Shown in pieces: positions 21,382-29,590 of a stretch of 64,000 bases of DNA. The DNA lies in the NCBI GenBank assembly GCA_000146465.1, contig CP001945.1, one strand, 5' to 3'. Below the pieces are notes generated by a model that was not told the DNA's origin, did not search any database, and was given only the letters and a program-made list of their open reading frames with translations. The position numbers and the translations under genes were made by a program. Every line of letters begins with the position of its first letter. The stretch's first letter is position 1.

Positions 21382-21795
21382 CTATGGTTCTCCTATCTTC
21401 TTTCCCATAACCCTTGGATTTTGTGCCGAGAGCTTTGCCATTGCTATTGTTTTATAGTCGAATGTACAGCCATGTTGGTCATGAAATCTGTGCATGATAC
21501 AATATGTGTTTCCACATCTACAGTTGTAGTTATTTGTTAATTTTAGCTTTTTCCCACACTTTCTGCAAGACATAAAAGTGGACTCCTTTTTCTCTATAGT
21601 ACTATTCTCGGCAACACACTTTCTCCTCTGCAAATTGCATGGAGAAATCACCATCTTTCTTTTCTTATGGAGGGGTGTATTGCTGATAGGCTCGGGACAG
21701 CTTAGTTCTTCTTTCTTGACGTCGTCCTCGCCTCGGATCTCTTCTTCCATTCTCCTCACGAAGTTCTCCATTTTCATCGGCCCCAAATAATCCAT
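21382..21795 (-). CDS. AN1-type zinc-finger protein
   Basis: CRKCGKKLKLTNNYNCRCGNTYCIMHRFHDQHGCTFDYK matches the ZnF-AN1 C-X2-C...C-X-C...C-X2-H-X5-H-X-C pattern. Confidence 0.7.
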   Translation of the reverse strand: MDYLGPMKMENFVRRMEEEIRGEDDVKKEELSCPEPISNTPLHKKRKMVISPCNLQRRKCVAENSTIEKKESTFMSCRKCGKKLKLTNNYNCRCGNTYCIMHRFHDQHGCTFDYKTIAMAKLSAQNPRVMGKKIGEP

Positions 21796-21861
21796 TTTTT
21801 AAGTTTATTCATTAGCTTCAGAGTAAAAAGCTGGTCCCAATAAAATCGTTTCTTTGTAAGA

Positions 21862-22905
21862 ATGCTAGAGGCTATGGCCTTCATGGCCAAACAGTTTTCC
21901 TGGGAACAGGAGTATAAGAGAACATGGGAAGACAGAAGTGACAGAAAGGTAAATGAATTCAACACAGAGACAGGAATTTTCTACAGTAACAATAGAAAGG
22001 GAATAGTAAGACATCTACATGTAATAATAGATGTCTCCGAGGCGATAGACAAATCGGATTTCCTTCCCACATTCAGGACAAACGTGGCAAAGATTCTTGA
22101 GGGGTTTATTCCTTCGTTCTACAGCGAGAATCCTTTGTCCACCCTATCGTTCCTCAGCGTTAGAGATGTGTGTGTGAAATATATAAGTAGTATGGACATG
22201 GATATACATGCTTTCCTAGGCCAGACAGGATCTAAGTGGTTTTCCTTGCTTAACGGGCTCGAGGGATCGGTGGAAATCATTAAGAATACTACACATGTTA
22301 AAGAAATCCTAGTCATTGTTGCAAGCACATCGACCCGAGATCCTCATGGATATACCGAAGTGCTTACCAAGCTCAAAGTACACAACATAAAGGTCCACTT
22401 TATCAGCCTCTGTGGAGAGGTCACCTTATACAAGTCAATATCCAAGGCTACCGAGGGGAGATTTTATGTTCCAGTCGATGTAGGCCACTTATCTATTATA
22501 ATGAAAGAATTATCCCATCCCACAGATTTCAACGGGACAACTCTCAGCCTAGTTAAGATTGGATTTCCTTTACCGGTAATAGAGCCATCTGTATGTGCTT
22601 GCCACTTAGAAATGAAGAGTGCTGGATATGAATGCCCAGTGTGTAAGACTATGGTTTGTTCCCTTCCAGTCTCATGTCCAATATGCAACACTCAACTTGT
22701 GTCTACCCTGAATCTTTCAAAGTCATTGCGATTTCTCTATCCACTAAAGCCATTCATCGAAAAGGAGGGGAAGATGTGCCGAATATGCCAAAGCAAGGGA
22801 GGATACCAATGCGAGCTCTGTAAAAGTATTTTTTGCAACAGTTGCAACGGATTTGTTCATAACACCTTGAGCTTCTGCATTTACTGTGAATTACCGTACA
22901 ACTAG
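21862..22905 (+). CDS. SSL1: TFIIH subunit p44/SSL1 (vWA domain + C-terminal zinc fingers)
   Basis: vWA-like N-terminus (HVIIDVSEAID...). GYECPVCKTMVCSLPVSCPICNTQLVSTLNLSKS matches p44 (C-P-R-C...CPICGLTLV). The C-terminal C4/C3HC ring is present. Confidence 0.8.
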   Translation: MLEAMAFMAKQFSWEQEYKRTWEDRSDRKVNEFNTETGIFYSNNRKGIVRHLHVIIDVSEAIDKSDFLPTFRTNVAKILEGFIPSFYSENPLSTLSFLSVRDVCVKYISSMDMDIHAFLGQTGSKWFSLLNGLEGSVEIIKNTTHVKEILVIVASTSTRDPHGYTEVLTKLKVHNIKVHFISLCGEVTLYKSISKATEGRFYVPVDVGHLSIIMKELSHPTDFNGTTLSLVKIGFPLPVIEPSVCACHLEMKSAGYECPVCKTMVCSLPVSCPICNTQLVSTLNLSKSLRFLYPLKPFIEKEGKMCRICQSKGGYQCELCKSIFCNSCNGFVHNTLSFCIYCELPYN

Positions 22906-22918
22906 AATATATGACACC

Positions 22919-23425
22919 TTACCAATAGTCTGATAATAAAATGTCGCTGGAAACATCTCTAATCTCATCCTCAGGGCTTTCAGGATCCTGTTCGTAATTC
23001 CAATTAATTCTTTTCCAAAGATTTATTTGGTTTACAACTTCCTTTCCTAACACTCTCACAGACGATCTCATAATGGTGTCTCTGTTTGAATACAAATAAC
23101 TCTGGAAATTGATTCTTCTTATAAATCCAACATCGAAAACACTTGGGATCAGCTTCTTCAGCACTGCATATCCATTGGAAGGCCGAGAGATTCTTTTAAT
23201 CTTAATAAGCCTGAGCTCTCCGTACGATCCTCTGGTCTTTACTTTACAGAATATCTTGCTCCCTTTTAGAACAAACTCTTTAGGAAAGTTTATATAAACA
23301 GGAGACACCAGTTCTATACAGTCTCCGCTGGTCAAAATACCCTGGGAGACAGTTGTATAGGCAAACACATCGTATTCGGTTGTTTCAAATCTTTTTTCGT
23401 ACACTGGCATGAATAAGCTTCTCAT
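22919..23425 (-). CDS. Hypothetical protein (168 aa)
   Basis: ATG-initiated ORF tightly packed between neighbours (14 bp and 21 bp spacers). No family recognised. Confidence 0.45.
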   Translation of the reverse strand: MRSLFMPVYEKRFETTEYDVFAYTTVSQGILTSGDCIELVSPVYINFPKEFVLKGSKIFCKVKTRGSYGELRLIKIKRISRPSNGYAVLKKLIPSVFDVGFIRRINFQSYLYSNRDTIMRSSVRVLGKEVVNQINLWKRINWNYEQDPESPEDEIRDVSSDILLSDYW

Positions 23426-23446
23426 AAAATATTCCTAAGTACCCCA

Positions 23447-24184
23447 ATGACTGTGAATAAAGAACTAAGGGATATTCTATCTGGTTACCATGATAGGATA
23501 AAGTCGAAGATATGCGAAAACAAGCTCGACGAAGCCATCTATCTGGTCGACTCGTTGTGTGCAACATTTAAGTCTCCATCCAGCCCCTATGACCGATCGT
23601 CTTGCACTCCATACAGTAACGAGGTTTCCGAAAAATACGGAATTGGAGAATATATAAATGCATCTTTCGTCCCAGCGCTCGGGACACTGTTCATAGCAGC
23701 CCAAAATCCAAAAGACGAAAAGAAAGATGTCTTCATTGATCTTCTGGTTAAGTCAAACACAAGTCTAATCGTTTCACTCATAAACGATCCAAAGTATTTT
23801 GAAGAGGAGTGGCTTAAGGACAGAAAAATCATAAAGTATATGGGGAAGGATTTGTTTATCGATGAGACATATGATGTCCAAGGAAGGGACATAAGGAGAC
23901 TTCGATATATCAACTGGGTGGACTTCTCAGTAATCACTCGTGAAGAAATGGAGCAGTTCCATTCTCACTTCAATAAGGTGCGTACAGACACAGTGGTTGT
24001 ACACTGCATTGCTGGGGTTGGGAGAACGGGCACATTCATTATGTATGATATTCTCAAGAAAATGGAAAATGTTACATTGGATATGTTTGTAGACGTCTTT
24101 TTAAACCTTAGAAGTAAGAGAGCACATCTTGTAACAAACAAAGTTCAGCTTGAATTCTTAAAAAGCATTTTTCTAGGAAACTAG
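23447..24184 (+). CDS. Protein tyrosine phosphatase (CX5R active site)
   Basis: VVVHCIAGVGRTGTF is a canonical PTP P-loop (HCxAGxGR[S/T]G). Confidence 0.75.
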   Translation: MTVNKELRDILSGYHDRIKSKICENKLDEAIYLVDSLCATFKSPSSPYDRSSCTPYSNEVSEKYGIGEYINASFVPALGTLFIAAQNPKDEKKDVFIDLLVKSNTSLIVSLINDPKYFEEEWLKDRKIIKYMGKDLFIDETYDVQGRDIRRLRYINWVDFSVITREEMEQFHSHFNKVRTDTVVVHCIAGVGRTGTFIMYDILKKMENVTLDMFVDVFLNLRSKRAHLVTNKVQLEFLKSIFLGN

Positions 24185-24227
24185 AAATACAATAAAGAAG
24201 AACGGTGGCTTGGTCTTAGTACTCTTT

Positions 24228-26615
24228 TTAATTCTTTTTGAGGATCAGCACGTCTTCGATATACGAAGAACAAACGTTCTCATCTGTCTCTGCTCTTGTC
24301 TTTTCGCTCAAAACAACCGGAGACGTATGCATCTGAACAGAAGAAAGTTTCTTTGGCTCTCCAACCATTCCAACCGTATTTATCGGATGTCCTACTCTTA
24401 TATTTATCTTTTCCGAACATGTAACATACTTTGGAGTACATGCTTGGCAGAGCAAAAAGAACATGTATGAATGAGAGGTGATCAGAGGACTGATGGAGGA
24501 GTCTAGCAACATGAACACCGTAGAGAAAAGACCTATGGTGTTTTTTGGCATAAATGTTGTCTTGTCAAAACACAAGGGCGAGATGCTCAGCAATCCCTTT
24601 CCTAGAGACACAAGCCCTTGTGCAATCTTGAGTACGGGAAGGACCTTTAAATCCTTGTAATAGTAGGAGTATTGCTGGTCCAAGATCTTGGTTATACGGG
24701 AATTCAATGTACCGGCTCCAATGAATCCTAATGACACAATTGTGGATATGATACAGTTTGTTTCTCCGATATTTAAGGACTTTTCCAAAATATCTAGAAC
24801 ATTTACTTGTGGATTCGACGGGTACAGTATACTGTAGCATAGAGGCAATACACTTCTTAGATGCGAGGAATCCAGTAGCAATGAGGAGGAGACAATTCTT
24901 CCAACCATCTGGCTTGATGTTTCGTCACCCATTGACACCAGGGCACAGCTGAGAAGTCCAAGAGATTCCAGAAGTGCATCGGTGTCTCCTGTGAACGAAT
25001 CAGTTAAAATAGATTCAATGATATTGGAATCTCCACTTCCGGCGTGCTGGAACCCTTTTATCAATATGTTTTGATGCTTCCCAAGGGAGCCTCCAATCTC
25101 CATTATCCCACACTCAACATCCTTCCTGCGGTAAAACAGACTAGCTAATCCTAGCATCAAAAACCTGAAGAACTGGGTTTCAGACTCCTTCTCCTTTTCT
25201 AGAAATGTTTGAAGCATAAGAGATGTGAGATCTTCGTCTGCACTTCCACAAAATACGCTTCCCAATGTAAAAGCAGTGAAGAATACAACTTCATTGCAGT
25301 CGGAAAACATCAGTGGCTGAAGAAGCTCCCGAACCTCCTCCGATTGAGTTCCCGAAAACATGGCCTCGATTCCTAGGAGAGTTCCTATAACATGGATGCT
25401 GTTGTTTGATTGCAAATTGTTCGATAGAAGCGCCAGAATAGCTGGTCTTTCTTCAAAGTTCCTCAACCCAGATAATGCAAGGCCTAGCAAGCTTCCTGTT
25501 TTTCTATGTGAAGAATCTGAAAATATGTGCTCCTGAAGAGTTTCCATCACCTTTTCCGAATTCCATGATTCAATCACTCCAATTGACCCAAAGACTGAAA
25601 TAAGGTCCGGCACATCACATCCAAGAATGGCCTCATAATCCAGCGGAACTCTAGAATCTCCCTCTTGTGGCACAAATATCGGGTCCCGTCCATACCCCAT
25701 GTGGACAAATCCATTAGCGATTGCAACAGATGCAAGCTGCTTTGTATCCTTGTCGTACTTAAATCCTCGGAAAATTCCATCCATCTTACTCGGCTTATCT
25801 ATCTCAAGTTCCGTTCCAACACTTCTATAGACTTCCTTAATATAACTATTAGACAGAATGTACTTTTCTTCAGGATCAGAGACCTCATAATACAGATTGC
25901 ACCTTGCAAGTATATACAAACATTGCTTCTTGTAGTCCCTGTCTTCTATTTTTTTCACATATTCGATGGCTTCTTTGGTTTTCTGTCTCTTTATAAGCCC
26001 TACAACATATCTCGAGTGATCATTCATTTTAAGATAGATTCCAAGAATCACTTCCGAAAGCTCAACAAACGAATTCATGTCCTCCAAATATAACACTATT
26101 CTGTTGTAGTTGTGAGTGTCAACATATTCCAAAATACTTTCTATTCCCCTAATTTCTAGTAAGAAGTCTATTGCTTCAAATTCGGCATTATGCTTGAATA
26201 AAAAGTCAATACATTTTCTTGAAACCTCTCTGGTTCTCTCAAATGGAAGATCCATCTTGCCGTTCTTAACATCGGCAATACATCCCGTCAGCTTCTTGAC
26301 ATACAGATGTCCCCACTCCTTGAGGTCAATCACGTTTCCTTCAATCCTATATTCCAAAAGCTTCTTCTCATCATCAATAACACATATTGCACTTATTATG
26401 TCGCATAGCCATTTTCTTTTGTCTTCCGACAGATCCTTACACACCTCTTCCAGCATCGGAAGGTTGTCTGCAAGATATTGGAAATTGATTGTATCAATGG
26501 ATTTTGAATGCGACGACTTTGTTATGTTAAACAGCATATTCAGTGCATTGTTTTGGATATCGGCATCGGGATCTCTTATCCTCTCAACTATTATTTTCAG
26601 CTCGTCTTCCTCCAT
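24228..26615 (-). CDS. RPN1: 26S proteasome regulatory subunit RPN1 (PSMD2), PC-repeat protein
   Basis: Multiple PC repeats (LLGLALSGL, IGTLLGIEAMFSG, FTLGSVFCGSADED, LMLGLASLF). The C-terminus ...PKKLSSVQMHTSPVVLSEKTRAETDENVCSSYIEDVLILKKN aligns to the RPN1 C-terminus ([40 protein letters not shown]). Confidence 0.8.
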   Translation of the reverse strand: MEEDELKIIVERIRDPDADIQNNALNMLFNITKSSHSKSIDTINFQYLADNLPMLEEVCKDLSEDKRKWLCDIISAICVIDDEKKLLEYRIEGNVIDLKEWGHLYVKKLTGCIADVKNGKMDLPFERTREVSRKCIDFLFKHNAEFEAIDFLLEIRGIESILEYVDTHNYNRIVLYLEDMNSFVELSEVILGIYLKMNDHSRYVVGLIKRQKTKEAIEYVKKIEDRDYKKQCLYILARCNLYYEVSDPEEKYILSNSYIKEVYRSVGTELEIDKPSKMDGIFRGFKYDKDTKQLASVAIANGFVHMGYGRDPIFVPQEGDSRVPLDYEAILGCDVPDLISVFGSIGVIESWNSEKVMETLQEHIFSDSSHRKTGSLLGLALSGLRNFEERPAILALLSNNLQSNNSIHVIGTLLGIEAMFSGTQSEEVRELLQPLMFSDCNEVVFFTAFTLGSVFCGSADEDLTSLMLQTFLEKEKESETQFFRFLMLGLASLFYRRKDVECGIMEIGGSLGKHQNILIKGFQHAGSGDSNIIESILTDSFTGDTDALLESLGLLSCALVSMGDETSSQMVGRIVSSSLLLDSSHLRSVLPLCYSILYPSNPQVNVLDILEKSLNIGETNCIISTIVSLGFIGAGTLNSRITKILDQQYSYYYKDLKVLPVLKIAQGLVSLGKGLLSISPLCFDKTTFMPKNTIGLFSTVFMLLDSSISPLITSHSYMFFLLCQACTPKYVTCSEKINIRVGHPINTVGMVGEPKKLSSVQMHTSPVVLSEKTRAETDENVCSSYIEDVLILKKN

Positions 26616-26748
26616 TAAGGGGGTTTGTTTTTCCCAAATTAAACCTGAAGACTTAACACGTTCCTCCTAAAAAAGCTTCAAACCACAGGACAGAACTCTC
26701 TCTTCCTTGCAATCCGGTTGTAAATTTACAGAAGATATTTTAATATTC

Positions 26749-28716
26749 CTACACCCAGTTACTGTTTATATATTCTCTCTTCTCGAGCATTGAAATCCCA
26801 TGGTCAATAACAGATGCTATGTGCCCCACCATGTGATGCTTTGGTGCATGTTTTACAAGAATAATCTGCTCAAAAAACCTCCTCTCCACAAGCTTAAAGG
26901 TAACCATGGGATTCTCATTCTTATTAAGAGAGCACCGTATTCTTTTCATATGCACTAGTTCTCCAGGTAGGTAAAGCTTTGGATACAGATTTGTGCGCCT
27001 AAGATGGGTCAAAATTAGATCCATGTCCTTTTCCATCTCTCCACACGAGTCCATTGGCCCATGTTTCTCCCCAATCGAGCAACACAGGAATTTAAGGTCC
27101 AGCACACTCCCATAACTCATTCTTGGTATTATATCGTTTCCATAGATTATCACAGTTATCCCTTTGGCAAATCTAGATGCTATTTCTTCGGAGACTACTG
27201 GCGGACTTGAGAAAACAATTGCTTCTACATCTACATTTTCTAGCAACCCCATCTCCTCCACCATTATCTTAACCAAGATAGAAATCGCCCCTCCAAGAGA
27301 ATGCCCCAGAAGTAGAAGCTTCTTGGATCCAATATCTCCTAAGATCTTTTCAACAGAATTTATGTGATTATTTATAAAATGAGTTGACAGCCTTTTGAAT
27401 CCGTTATGCACAAATCCATTGCTAAATTCAGCATATTCACAGTTTATGTCCTGAATTGTTTCTTCGGAGTTTGTGGTTCCCTTAAATGAAATTACAACCC
27501 TTTCATTTTCTCTATCGTGGAAGATTATGTGCTGAACAACCTCTGAGGGCTCTAAATGCATGCAAAGTAGGTCTTTGTTTTCTATCCCTAGGAGCTTGAG
27601 TACTGCTCTCCTTTCATCTGAGACCGATTCACCAACAGAAGCCTGAGGCCTAAGAAACATACTAGGCCAGCTGTTTGCATACGATCCCATAGCAAAGTAA
27701 AATAATCTCTTTATCTTCCGAAGCATTTCCAAATTGCACAACAAATATCCATTGCTTGATAGTATACTTGGGATGCATATTGAACTCTCATCTCTACCAT
27801 CCTTTTCACATAAAGAACAGTGAGTAGGAAGTTTCAACCTAAACAGCCTTTTTTCATTCTCTTTATCTTCTTTTATGCCCCCCTCGGATGGAGAAAAGCT
27901 CCTTCTGCCGTTTGCTTCATCAAAAACCCTTGGAAGTTCCTCATGGCTTACTTCCAAGACCAAGTCTATGTTTTTGGTGAACCGGGCATTGATCTCCGCT
28001 ATGGTCTTTTCGACCAGAAGACCTCCAAACAGTATGTTCAGTCTGCATCCGTGGCTTCCGCGATTAACGTAATCCACTAGCTTCTTTATGCTTAGAATGG
28101 TCCCTGCTTTTTCATTGCTAAAGAAGAACCCAAAAACCTTCTGAACAAATCCACTTATCTCATCCTCCTCTCGCATATCTCTTTCATCATATATCTTTCT
28201 TCCAAACGTATAATGGAGCTTCCCTATAACTTCCTTTGGCTCGAAGTCGTAGCTACTCGCCTTATCGCGATATCTTCCGTGATAAATGTCCAGAGTATGC
28301 TCTTGCTTTTCATCTCCGTTTCTAAAAAAGCAATGGTTTAAGAGTACAAAGCCCATGCATAAATCCCAAGGGAATGAGTTTTTCATTAGAAGAATCCTGC
28401 TGTCGCCTATAACCGTATGGTGGAATGTCTTGAAGGTCATGACAGCTCTGTCCTTAAAGATAACTTCTTCTCCGTCGTAGCACAGAACTAGGGTATCATA
28501 AGTATTCTCAGGAACTTCAACCTTTCTAATCTTTATATCAACTTCCATTCTTACCCCGGGCGAGATAGGGTAGTATTGACTTTTGGATTTCTCCTTCTGC
28601 CTTATGGAATATAAACATCCCCTTCTGCAAATGGATTGGCAAACTCGATAGAAAACAGTCGCCTCTCCTCGCAAAGTAAAACAGCTCAGAACATCCAATG
28701 ATGCAAGCAATATCAT
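26749..28716 (-). CDS. Class-3 (fungal-type) lipase-domain protein with a roughly 380-aa N-terminal extension
   Basis: GHSLGGA nucleophile elbow with surrounding lipase_3 topology (FKGTTNSEE...LLLLGHSLGGAISIL...IIPRMSYGS) in the C-terminal half. The N-terminal half has no recognised domain. Confidence 0.7.
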   Translation of the reverse strand: MILLASLDVLSCFTLRGEATVFYRVCQSICRRGCLYSIRQKEKSKSQYYPISPGVRMEVDIKIRKVEVPENTYDTLVLCYDGEEVIFKDRAVMTFKTFHHTVIGDSRILLMKNSFPWDLCMGFVLLNHCFFRNGDEKQEHTLDIYHGRYRDKASSYDFEPKEVIGKLHYTFGRKIYDERDMREEDEISGFVQKVFGFFFSNEKAGTILSIKKLVDYVNRGSHGCRLNILFGGLLVEKTIAEINARFTKNIDLVLEVSHEELPRVFDEANGRRSFSPSEGGIKEDKENEKRLFRLKLPTHCSLCEKDGRDESSICIPSILSSNGYLLCNLEMLRKIKRLFYFAMGSYANSWPSMFLRPQASVGESVSDERRAVLKLLGIENKDLLCMHLEPSEVVQHIIFHDRENERVVISFKGTTNSEETIQDINCEYAEFSNGFVHNGFKRLSTHFINNHINSVEKILGDIGSKKLLLLGHSLGGAISILVKIMVEEMGLLENVDVEAIVFSSPPVVSEEIASRFAKGITVIIYGNDIIPRMSYGSVLDLKFLCCSIGEKHGPMDSCGEMEKDMDLILTHLRRTNLYPKLYLPGELVHMKRIRCSLNKNENPMVTFKLVERRFFEQIILVKHAPKHHMVGHIASVIDHGISMLEKREYINSNWV

Positions 28717-28729
28717 AAAATTTTAATGA

Positions 28730-29110
28730 TCAAAAGCTAAGAGAAGAAAAAAGGAATTTTGCCTTGCCTTCCTTCCACGTTTTCATCATGGCGTCTTTGG
28801 TCTTATCTGTAAGCACTTTCTTAGTTTCGGCATTCTCCTCAATTCCGTTGTAGTCGATTGCAGCCAATCCCAGATCTGCCTTGTATCTTGTGGCGATGAG
28901 ATGGCTGATGTTATACTTCTTGAGTATGATGTAGAACTTGGCATTTCTACGTTGGATCCACTTAGGCTGGTGGTCCTCTGATTCCTTAGGAACCCGGACA
29001 ACACACGCAGTCAGAACACATCTCTCATCGAGCTGTTTTATCACAACGGCTTTCTTACCTGCATTCTTTCCATTGGTCACAACAACGATCATATTCGGTA
29101 CAAAAAGCAT
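28730..29110 (-). CDS. RPL27: 60S ribosomal protein L27e (eL27)
   Basis: MIVVVTNGKNAGKKAVVIKQ... and ...SHLIATRYKADL...KFLFSSLSF align to eL27 (KVVLVLAGRYSGRKAVIV...NHLMPTRY...KWFFQKLRF). The track ORF starts on TTG; ATG at 29110, preceded by AAAAAATTTGCCCTGGGAA. Confidence 0.85.
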   Translation of the reverse strand: MLFVPNMIVVVTNGKNAGKKAVVIKQLDERCVLTACVVRVPKESEDHQPKWIQRRNAKFYIILKKYNISHLIATRYKADLGLAAIDYNGIEENAETKKVLTDKTKDAMMKTWKEGKAKFLFSSLSF

Positions 29111-29154
29111 TTCCCAGGGCAAATTTTTTACGCCAACAAATCTTGCAGGCCATT

Positions 29155-29460
29155 ATGGAGAAGATCGAGCTTATAAAGGGCATAGAAGCAAATGCCGAAA
29201 GGATTCTAGAGGACTTTATAGAAATCCTCCAGTATCTGAGATCTGAGGGCTCCGATAAGTGCGACGAGGTCCAGAATCTACTCTTTGCAAGCCGAAGAAC
29301 AGTGGATCTTATCGACTCTTCCTTGGAAATATATCATTATCTCATAAGGTTAAAATACCTTACGTCCGATGTCTCGAGACTGGTACCACTGAAGAAAGAA
29401 GACGAAAGCGGGATCCTTGAGGACCTTTTTGAAGATTTGAATACCCGTCTGGGAATTTAA
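29155..29460 (+). CDS. Hypothetical small helical protein (101 aa)
   Basis: The track ORF starts on TTG; the first ATG is at 29155. Helical/coiled-coil character. No family recognised. Confidence 0.4.
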   Translation: MEKIELIKGIEANAERILEDFIEILQYLRSEGSDKCDEVQNLLFASRRTVDLIDSSLEIYHYLIRLKYLTSDVSRLVPLKKEDESGILEDLFEDLNTRLGI

Positions 29461-29590
29461 CTTCTGTTGAATAAAAGCTCCTTTGTAGGAAACAGCCGAA
29501 ATATTTCTTTTCTACAAATGCCACCTTCTACGGAGATCTATTTTATATCCCAAAAAGTTAAAAAATAGATCCTTCGATATCCTTTGATAA

